Below, piece after piece: positions 7,676 to 17,000 of a DNA stretch of 49,021 nucleotides; position 1 is the first letter of the stretch; the number at the start of each line of letters is the position of its first letter. The notes beneath the pieces are model-generated. The model was not told the DNA's origin and did no database searches. It saw only the letters and a list, made by a program, of their open reading frames with translations. The DNA is from a virus (taxonomy: Duplodnaviria; Caudoviricetes), in the IMG/VR virus record IMGVR_UViG_3300032373_000018, positions 1 through 49,021 of that record; one strand, given 5' to 3'. Position numbers and translations under genes: made by a program.

Positions 7676-10087
7676 TCAGCCTCGGTGCTGAACTTCGACC
7701 AGATAACTCTCAAGCGTCAGCGTGTCAGAACCGTTCGCCAGTTGCGCCATGAAAACCAAATCGCGATCAGCCGCAGTGTTGATTGCACTTAGCGGCAGCG
7801 CGGCACTGGATGTGGAGAAGGCTGAACTTGCGGTGGTTTCAATTGACCCGACCTGAGAAGACTCGTTGTTTCGGTTCGTGATTGTGCGCCCTAGATGTGC
7901 CGTCAGTGTATTGGCCAGATTAACGTTGATATACGCCGACCCAGAGGCGCCATTCAGCTTGACTAGAGCATATTTGATATTGGCGTTGTTTGCGCCACAC
8001 GTCCATGAGCACGAGACCCGTATTGTGCCATTGGCGCCCATCAGTCCGCCCGGAATGGTCACCGTTGCCAGCGTCGTTTCGGCTGTGTCGCCTGTATGCG
8101 AAGCCGCTACCCCGGATGAGGCCAGAACTTGCCAATCGCCACTCGGGCCAAAAGTGAACGGGACAGACCCTCTGAAGCCCTTTTTCTCCGATGATCCTAC
8201 TTCTGTGTAAGTGATCAGCGTGTCACTATTGAGGTTTGTCGTCGGGAATGGCGTCGCAACCGTGTCCACGTGAATGTCGTTAAAGTAATGCACGCCGCCC
8301 GCAGCCACGATCGTCCATCCGCGCTCGATGCCTTCCCAAATCTCGCCAGAGAAACGGCAATTTCCGTGGGTATAGGTCACGCCATCGAGCGTCACATTAT
8401 CGAACTGGTAGATCCTCTGAATGTCTTTCGCCCAATCCTTCAGGCGATAAAGGTTGTTATAAAAGTAGGTGTCAGTCGTGCCCTGCAGAACAACAGCATA
8501 AGCATTCGCGCCGGCTGAAGTCGTCTCATTAACCAGGTCCGTGAGGCCCCAATCTTCAAACAAACAATCGTGCACCAGACCCTTACAAGGCCCACGGAAG
8601 CGAACGGCATTGGCCGTAATCTTCTTGAACGTAACACCCTCAATATGCATCCATTGAGCAGGACCAACGTATGTCCCACCAACCTCTGCTGGGACAATCC
8701 CTGCCGCGCAAAGCTCAATCTTTCCGCCCTTCACATGAATACGGGACATTTCACGCTTGGGGCTGATGGCCTGATTGCAGAGTAGGAAATAATTGTTTTC
8801 GAGGGTCAGCATTCCCCCGTCACCGCCTGCCCCTACGGTGTTATTTCCGCCTGGATAAATCCCGGCGTCAGGCCAGCCTTGATAGCTGTTGTTCGAAATA
8901 GTTCCGTCACCGCAGTTAACGGTGGTGTTTCCAGAATCTGCATTGGTATTGGTCGGGTCAGTTCCTCCATAAAACACACAATGCTCGATCGAGTATCGCT
9001 TGAACCCCGTTAACGCGACAGCGGTACATGCCTGCGTGGCGCCAGCGGAATTGCCTTGCGAGCAATCAACATAAATGCCCTCAATATGAATCCCAACATC
9101 AACAGGATCATCCGGCGATAAGCTGCTGGCGTATAGGTTCAGTACCGGGACAGTTTGACCAACCCCTGCTTTCAGCGTTGGCAGTCCGCGCCCCAAGATA
9201 CGAATTTCATTGGTAAATGTCGTTTTTGCGCAGGCCCCACTATACAGGAACGTATTGTCCGTCCCGACGCCGTGAACAATCAAGTCGCCGCCGCCCAGAT
9301 CATCGATCAGCTCGAGCGCCAGCAGAAACTTCGCGTTCTGGCCAGTCGTCACGCCTGTTGGGTCAACGTCCCACCACATGATCGAATATTCGAGGTTTTC
9401 AACGATCCGAACCAAAGCGCCGGAGGCTCCGGTTGGGGCACTATCCGGGGCGACATATACCGCCTTATCTGTATCGACAGAGACCAGCGCTGAAGCGTTT
9501 GCGGTTGTCCACCGAAACCTGCCCTCATAGCCATCGCCCGCAGCCGCTCGTCCCAGACAGGTGATAATGCTCTCAGTGGTGAAGCCAGACGTGTCCAGCG
9601 CACTAAGCTCAGCCAATCGATCCACGGTGACATTGTTGGAGCTTTCGTATGTGTTCCCGAGCGCAGTTACCCATCCGCCACCCAGAACTTGCGCGAGAGC
9701 ATCAGACCATCCGCTGGCTATGACGTGGTCATAAGCCCGCACGAAGGCAACCGATGTGGAGCCCGGGCTATACAGACCAGAAAAGGACGTGTGGAACAGA
9801 GTTTCGGCACTCAGCGTTCCCTCGGTGACAGCAATCACACTGCCTGAGACAAGATCACTCACGCCATTAAAATCAGATGCCCGCACCCATGCCCCAGAAC
9901 TCGCGATCCAAATCCCGTTCTCGGTCGTATCTGTCTGGCTTTTGACCAACACCCGATCGCCCGCGACGACAGTCACACCATCGATCGAGGACAACCCTGC
10001 CAAGGTCAGATTAGTGGCTGTCGCCACCCGGCAGGGTGTCAGAGTGTTGGCCTGGACGGCCTCGGCAAGTGCTCTCACAGCGCTCAT
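7676..10087 (-). CDS. Tailspike / receptor-binding protein with right-handed beta-helix
   Basis: 803 aa; N-terminal RVAT..N..L.GL..IDGV...GDRVLVK.Q...ENGIW anchor; WWDVDPTG pectate-lyase-like start; beta-helix repeats. Confidence 0.85.
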   Translation of the reverse strand: MSAVRALAEAVQANTLTPCRVATATNLTLAGLSSIDGVTVVAGDRVLVKSQTDTTENGIWIASSGAWVRASDFNGVSDLVSGSVIAVTEGTLSAETLFHTSFSGLYSPGSTSVAFVRAYDHVIASGWSDALAQVLGGGWVTALGNTYESSNNVTVDRLAELSALDTSGFTTESIITCLGRAAAGDGYEGRFRWTTANASALVSVDTDKAVYVAPDSAPTGASGALVRIVENLEYSIMWWDVDPTGVTTGQNAKFLLALELIDDLGGGDLIVHGVGTDNTFLYSGACAKTTFTNEIRILGRGLPTLKAGVGQTVPVLNLYASSLSPDDPVDVGIHIEGIYVDCSQGNSAGATQACTAVALTGFKRYSIEHCVFYGGTDPTNTNADSGNTTVNCGDGTISNNSYQGWPDAGIYPGGNNTVGAGGDGGMLTLENNYFLLCNQAISPKREMSRIHVKGGKIELCAAGIVPAEVGGTYVGPAQWMHIEGVTFKKITANAVRFRGPCKGLVHDCLFEDWGLTDLVNETTSAGANAYAVVLQGTTDTYFYNNLYRLKDWAKDIQRIYQFDNVTLDGVTYTHGNCRFSGEIWEGIERGWTIVAAGGVHYFNDIHVDTVATPFPTTNLNSDTLITYTEVGSSEKKGFRGSVPFTFGPSGDWQVLASSGVAASHTGDTAETTLATVTIPGGLMGANGTIRVSCSWTCGANNANIKYALVKLNGASGSAYINVNLANTLTAHLGRTITNRNNESSQVGSIETTASSAFSTSSAALPLSAINTAADRDLVFMAQLANGSDTLTLESYLVEVQHRG

Positions 10088-10096
10088 ATTAAGCCC

Positions 10097-10630
10097 CTAT
10101 GCTGGTGTAACTGAGTCCGAGCCGTCAGCGACATACCAAGCAGACGTTGCCGTCTCCCCGGATGCCACCATCAGTCGGTTATTGGTTGAATCGAAGACGC
10201 TCAGTCCGGCGTATTTGTTCACCGTGTTGAGCGCGCTGGTTGCGTCACTAATATCTGCCACTGATGAGGGCGCTCTCGCTGGCGCCGCTTGTCGCACCCA
10301 AGCAAGCTCTGTCGTCCCTGCCGAGAACGTGCCGGCGAAACTGACCTGCCATATCTCTTGAGCCTCAGACGTTGAAACAATCGCGCCGGTCGTGATGTCA
10401 GAACCAGCATTCAAATCAGACGCGCGGGACCAGGAGCCGCCCGCCACCGTGTAAATGCCGTTCTCAGAGGCGGTTGTCTGCGATGTCACAAGGCATCGCT
10501 CGCCCGCCGCAAGCTCGACACCGGCAATCGTTTGAAGCCCCGCGAGGACAATATTGCTCGTCGCCGCGGCCCTGCATGGCGCAAGTGTATGGTTCTGGAT
10601 CACTTCCGCGATCCGGAGATTTAAGGACAT
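10097..10630 (-). CDS. Short tail protein paralogous to the tailspike N-terminal domain
   Basis: TLAPCRAAATSNIVLAGLQTIAGV...GERCLVTSQT..SENGIY aligns with the tailspike N-terminus. Confidence 0.85.
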   Translation of the reverse strand: MSLNLRIAEVIQNHTLAPCRAAATSNIVLAGLQTIAGVELAAGERCLVTSQTTASENGIYTVAGGSWSRASDLNAGSDITTGAIVSTSEAQEIWQVSFAGTFSAGTTELAWVRQAAPARAPSSVADISDATSALNTVNKYAGLSVFDSTNNRLMVASGETATSAWYVADGSDSVTPA

Positions 10631-10777
10631 ATCCACCTCGATGAAAAAAATGGCTGTTTTTGGCGCTAATACGTGAGTGACACTTTGAAAAATGCGCGAT
10701 TCTGCTATATTCAGTGGGTCAGCAGGCGATCCGTCGCCATGGCATTTCCCTTAAAATTTAGCTTTCGGAGACCACCT

Positions 10778-11014
10778 ATGGGTTCGACTCTATTTATGCT
10801 TGGCCTTATGGCTTCGCCTATTCTCGCCTTCATCGTGATCGTCATCTTCAAACAAGAGACCGTTTACGAATATGATGTCGAGGAGACTGAAACGAATGAG
10901 CCGGGACAGGCCCCGCTTCCAACGGGAACCAATGTTATCGAAATGAGAGACGCAGAAGCTCTCGCTTACATTTCAAAGCATCCAGCAATGAACACTCATC
11001 GCTCAAGAGCTTAA
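10778..11014 (+). CDS. Single-TM moron protein (superinfection-exclusion candidate)
   Basis: GGAG RBS, N-terminal TM, own promoter-like TTGAAA...TGCTATATT upstream and terminator downstream; antisense to the late operon. Confidence 0.7.
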   Translation: MGSTLFMLGLMASPILAFIVIVIFKQETVYEYDVEETETNEPGQAPLPTGTNVIEMRDAEALAYISKHPAMNTHRSRA

Positions 11015-11019
11015 AACTG

Positions 11020-11044
11020 GCCCCGCCTCGTGCGGGGCTTTTTT
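11020..11044 (+). terminator. Rho-independent terminator (possibly bidirectional)
   Basis: GCCCCGC-CTCGT-GCGGGGC-TTTTTT. Confidence 0.85.
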
Positions 11045-11048
11045 GTAT

Positions 11049-14000
11049 CTAATTATCGTCATCCGGGCCGGTGACAATCGCCTCAAAAAGTGTCGGATCA
11101 TCATCTTCCGCGAACGTCTTCTCAGCCTTCATGGCCTGTACTGTGCCAGGCACCCCGAACAAGAACCCGCCCGCCTTAGCGGTCTCTAGCATTGCGCGGC
11201 GCACAGTTTCACCCTCGGCCTCGCCATCCTCATAGAGCTGCGTTCCAGCCTTTGCCCAATTCTCAGTCGCGCGCGTTACGCTCGTTCCAACCTGAAATGC
11301 AGCAGGGCCACTATCGTATTTGCTGACCGCGCTCGATATGCCTGGAATAAGACCAAACGTGTTGCGCATCATCATTTGCCAAACCGCAACGACATACGGA
11401 TCTTCTTCGTCACCAAATCCGCCTCGGATCAGAGCTTCCAGCATTGATGCAACCAGGTTCAGGAACACCATGTGCTTGAGCAGAGGCATCAGCTTTTTGA
11501 GCCCCTGCTCGCTGACCACATCATTTCGGACTGTGCCGTAGTAGCCGGAGACATAACCCCACATGAAGGAAAGCAATCTAAGGCCTTCATTGCCGCCCTG
11601 CATGACGGACTGGTCAATCTCGAGACCTGAACCCTGCGTGGTCGACACTGCGCGATCGGCCATTGTGATCGCATCGGCTTCGCTGACACCTTCAGATTTA
11701 GCCTGGTTGTATACGCCGACCCACAGCGGACCAGAGACAGAGTGCTTTTCGGCAATCGCCATCATCCAGTAACCAGCGCCCTGGAACTTGGCGTATTGTG
11801 TTTGACCGGCAGATTTGCGGATCAGCTCATGGGCCTCGCGGGTCAATGTATCTTGACGCTCGCGCATGAACGCCGACTTCTCAGCAATCAGTTTCGCGTT
11901 CTTGATCGGGTTGCTGTAATACTCAGCGACGCCTGAAAACACTGTCTTGAACCCATATTGCGGAATGACCGTTTGGAAATAAGAAATCGGGGCAAGACCC
12001 GCGGTCACCACATTGCCGCCCAGGATGGCGACGGACGCATTGATGCGTAAAGTCTGCAGAAGGCGCTCGAACGCCGTGTCAGGCCGCTCTGTGCCGGTTA
12101 CGGTGCGCTTTAGAATGGTTTCCAGCGTCTTCAGGTACTCCTCGCCCTGCGTTTCCTTGATCACCTTGCGAATACGATTCTTGTTCAGCAACCGGGACAC
12201 ATGGGACGCAGGCTCGCGCATATAGATGTCATTGGTCACGTCATCGATGTGGCTCAGGATAACGCTCAGGCTTAGATCAAGAGGGCGCTCAACGTTTTGT
12301 TGACGCTCTTTCAGGAAGCCCTGGCGTGTGGAGGCACGGGTTGCCATACCGTTTACGCCGTTCTTCCACTCCTCAATCTCATCCTTCTTCTGAAGATCAT
12401 TATTTGACAGAAACCCGCGGTCATACTTGAGCGGATAATACCCGCCCCGATATGCGCCAAAATTGGTTTGAACCGATGAGGCCTCAACCTTCTTAGGCGT
12501 GACGCCAGTTGCATTGCGCTCAACAGCGCTCGCTTCTGGCCATAGTGTGTTGATCAAATCCCAGATTTCTTGCGTCGCATCCCAATGACGCTGATCGAGA
12601 TGCTCGGCAAGCATTGCCTCAATCGAAGCCATATCGCCCAGAAGAGACGGATCAGAGGCCAGTCTATCGCGGTTCTGTTCCGTGCCCATATTGAGGGCAA
12701 CAGCCATGATCTGCTCAAACTTGACAGCCCCGCCCTCGATCGCTGGCGCGGATACGCGCTTATTCAGCTCGCTCTGGGTGACGCCGTGTTTCTTGAAGAT
12801 CGCGGCTAACTTGTCCGCCATTTCCTGCCGGCGCGCATTTCGGTTTGTGAGCGCCTGCCTCAAGCGAGTATCGAACGCCTCGACAATCTTACCGATCTTG
12901 CCGCCCTGAAGCGATTCAACCAGGAACGGCCAGCGAATGATTGTTGCATCCATCTGCCTGACATTGGCCGCACGCCGTTCACCAAAGCTCGGATTGCGGG
13001 TTTCTCGGATACGCTTGCCCTTGAAGTTTTCGTCAATCTCGTCGGCGAGCGCTTGAGCCTCTTCGTTGAATTGTTCTTGCGCCTCTGCGCTCTGCATTCG
13101 GCCAAGCTTGTTCAGGTTTTTTACGCCATCGCGAAACTCTCTGAATTGCTCCATTGTCATGCGTCGACGCAATGGCAGGTCCGCCCCATTCACGACATCG
13201 CTTGGCAGAATGACCGCATGACCATCAATGGCTTGCTCATCAGCAAACTTATTCAAGCCGTCGCGAAGCTCTGTTTGGTCCTGCGCACCGGGAAGCGCCA
13301 TCAGCTCGCGGATCTTCGCGATGTATTTTGGCGCAATCTTCTTAGGGTCCAGCTTCCGATGCGCTGCAAACTTAGCAAGATAACGGTTAGCCTTCTCTAT
13401 CTCATCGCGCGCCTTAAAGGCCCTGCGAGCCAATTCATGCTGAAGCATCGCCTGATGAGTATAGCGCAAGGCATCATCCCATTTGCCTTTGGCGGCGGCG
13501 CGAAGTGATTTCTTGTGTAGATCGCGCGCCTTAATGGCGTATCGACCAGGCTTGATGACCTTGTCGATTGGCATGGTATTGATGAGGCGGTCAGCCTCGT
13601 GACGAATGGCAATCAATGGGATTGCCTCACCGGATGCCTTTTCAGCCAGGGCGTTGCGCTCAGCCTCCATCATCCGAATGTTCGGCTCGTTAAAGACGGC
13701 TTCCATGGCCTCGGATTCAATCGTGCCGTCCTTGAGCATGTCGCCATATCGATCGCCCATGATCTTTTCGACAGTCTCTTTGACAACTCTCTCGAACGGG
13801 GCAGCTTTCTCGACCGCCTTGAACATCTCGTCAGCGGACGTGAAGCCCATCTCAGGCGCCACAATCTCAGGATGCTCGCCACTCTCTGACGTGGTCAGCT
13901 TCGTCTCGACGCTAACTTCAGCAGCGTCCAGTGATCGTCCACCTTCGCCAAATGCAGCAAGGGCTTTGTATTCCGGCCATGTCATGAGCTGAGCGCGAGC

Positions 14001-17000
14001 CATATCCTCGACACGGCCCCGTTCTTCTTTGTAAGCCTTACGCTCACGAGCTTTCACTTCTGCCATATGCTTCTTGAAAAGCTTGTCTCGGGCGACATTT
14101 CCAGCCTTGCGGGCGTGTTTCTGATACTTCTCGACCTGCTCAGGCTTCATCAGGCCAGTCATCACGTTCGACAGCGTGCCGACATATTGACCTTGCGCCA
14201 TCTCGATCTCAGCATCGCTCGCCAGCATCCGGTCAAAGATGTCGCGGGCTTCAGGCTCAAGATTACGGAGTTGACCACGAAGGCGGCGATACACATCGAC
14301 AAACCATTGACGGAATGAATGGAACACGCTGCGCAGCTCTGCGCTCGGCGCAACACCTTCCATCAAATAGGCCTCAAAGCTCTCGGCAAACTTCTCATGC
14401 TGGTCGCGGGTAATCTTCGCGCCCGGTTCAATCTTCAGCCATTTACGGATCGCGCCCATGCGCTCGGCAATGACTTCGTTTTCACTTTCAAGCGCAGCAT
14501 ACAGCTCAAGGAAAATATGCGCACTCTCGTGCATGAAGCTCGTGCGGTCATTTTTCTTGAGCAGGTTAACGATGACATTCTGATCAGTGAGGACGCCGCC
14601 ACCAGGGATGAGGACAGAGGCGCGCTTTTCCTGAAACAGCACATTGCCCTTGGCCAGCTTCGCCTTGGCTTCTGGGGTGATGCGGATGGCGAGGACGGGC
14701 TCTACCCCGCCCGCTCGCCCAGTTTCTATCTCGCCCATCGCATTTGGTTCGTTCCAAGTGTGGCGAGTGTTGACATCAACCCGCTCAACCTTGGCCCCCA
14801 ACTCCTTCGCCACCTTTCGAATATGCGCGGGCAGACGATCATCATAGAATTTCCGCGTCCCTTCGTTTTGGAGGGCATCGTTCAGCGTTTTGTGATTGGT
14901 AAACGCGACGACTTCCTGTCCATCCTCAATCGCCTGCTGGATTACCCGCCGAACAAATGGCTTTTCCCAGTCTTTGACGGGTGCACGGGGCGGGCGTTGT
15001 GCGTTGTTTCCCGTCTCTCTAAGCTCGTTTGCGGCGCGGTGTGCTTCGCTTACTTCCCGCGCCAACTCGCGACCAGTCGGATCCTCAAAACTATTCGACC
15101 AAACGGGCTTACCCTTGTCAGGATGCTTGTCCGGCAAGCCATCTTTCCAAATTACAAACCTATCGAGGAGCATTGTGGATCGTTCTTCAGCGGCGCGGAC
15201 GTCCTGATGAGTTACTGTCTTGGCGCCATCAACCGAATAACCATACTTCGCCCCCTCCTGATGCAGATCAGACTGCAGCTCATCAACGAACCGAACCGCC
15301 TCACCATCCGCGGTCACGCGGTCAGTCGTGCGGATATGACCGACGACGCCTTCAGTGTTCCAATTGTGCGACTTATAACCAGCCGCCGCTTCGGGCATGA
15401 CGATCAGTTCTTGCTGATAATTACTATGGTTGCCGGGAGAGACGTATGTTCGATAATCCGTCTCTGGCGGGAGCCCTCGTTCATCCAAATCATCAGCCGT
15501 ATCCTGCCCAATCCTGCCTTTGCGGGTGTTGGATTGAACTTTCGGCCTCTGCGCCCGAACCGCCTTGATTACATCGGCTTTCGAGATGTCGCCCGTCTTT
15601 GGCAAAGTCGCCAGCGCAGGCTCGATCATAAAATCAAACGCTTCTTTGGTCGCTCCGGCTTCGGTAAAGTATTTGCGCCACTGAGCAGCCGTCAGGTTAC
15701 GCGCGTCGCGGAAACGCGGGGGCGGATCAAACAGAGCTTTTTCAGCGCTCGTGATAAAGCCCAAATCATCTGTGCGGATGGCGACAAGTCCATTGCTATC
15801 GGGGATTTCGACACCCGCCTCAGACGGCAGGCTTTCTTGCTGGGCGCTCTGAAACAGCTCCCGCTGCGCAGGCTCTATTTCTGTGAATGTAGCTCCACGA
15901 ACGCCATCGCCAGATCGTCGTCCGTCAGATTGTCCCACTCGTCCTGGCTCAATCCGTCCCACCTCGTCTGCGGTGTCGAGGAAGTTGTCCCGGTAGGTTG
16001 GTCCTTCGACGCCTGCTGGAGGGGCGTTTTCGTTTGTTCGGAGTTCACCATCTTGGAATCTTGCCCTTGTTCGTTCAACCGCATCTTCTCTTATAACATA
16101 AAATGATCGACCATGCAGCGAACTTCTTACTGTTTTTTCGCCCTCAACTTCCATCGTGTTGATGCGGTTTGTTCCAATCTCAAAAGCGCGATAGCCCGGC
16201 AGGCGCATACGCTTCAGCAGGGACATGTACATCTTGTTGCGCGTGTCGGTTGAATCCGACCCCGTGAAGTGAATGCTCTCAGGGTTCTCCCGACTGATAA
16301 ACTCCTCAAGCATCGCAATGCTGCGGGAGAATGCCAGCACACTCTGTTGCACTTCTTCTGGTGTCGTCGGACGCTTGACCATCTTGCCCGTCTCAGGGTC
16401 TTGGATCTTATTGTCTTTGCGCTCAAGACGGCCCTCAAAGCGCATTGTGACGCCGCCGCCATCGTCGATACGCATCGAAATGTCATCTGTCTCACGGTTG
16501 GGATGTGACTTGGCCGTGAGAACGATCGTACCGTCCGCATCAATTCGCTGCGTGACTTCCTCGTTAAACCACTCAGTTCGCTCTGCTGGGTCCATTTTGA
16601 GAGCCTGACGCATGGAAGCAGGAGCGGATTGAGCAAGCAGGTTCGAGCTGTCAGAGTGATCCGGGTCAAAGGCTGCGTTTACTGAGCGGATGTTGGAAGG
16701 GTCGAAGATGATGGTATAATCACCGCCCCGAAAAACCCGATCCGCCGAAAAACCCGCAGACGGATGATCCTGAATCCCCCGAATAATGATGCCATCGTGA
16801 CCAGCATCTGTAGCGTCAGCAATCTCTTGTTGCATCCGAGAGCGACTGTATTCTGGCATATCTTCAATTATTTTAGGATTTTCAAGGCGCGCATGAACCG
16901 GATAAACTTGCCCATCTTCTATATAGGCATCCATGTTGTATTCACGAACCGCCTCATTTGAGGCACTCAAGCGAGCCTCCTTAGTGCTTTGTCGAACAGC

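Noticed and set aside
7676-10636. Diversity-generating retroelement or invertible tail cassette
   Set aside because: No reverse transcriptase or invertase seen; the paralogy is diverged at protein level with no adenine-specific TR/VR pair
14319-16106. 595-aa ORF antisense to the giant protein
   Set aside because: It is codon-aligned with the sense gene (offset 3270 is divisible by 3), has no recognisable motifs and has shadow-ORF composition
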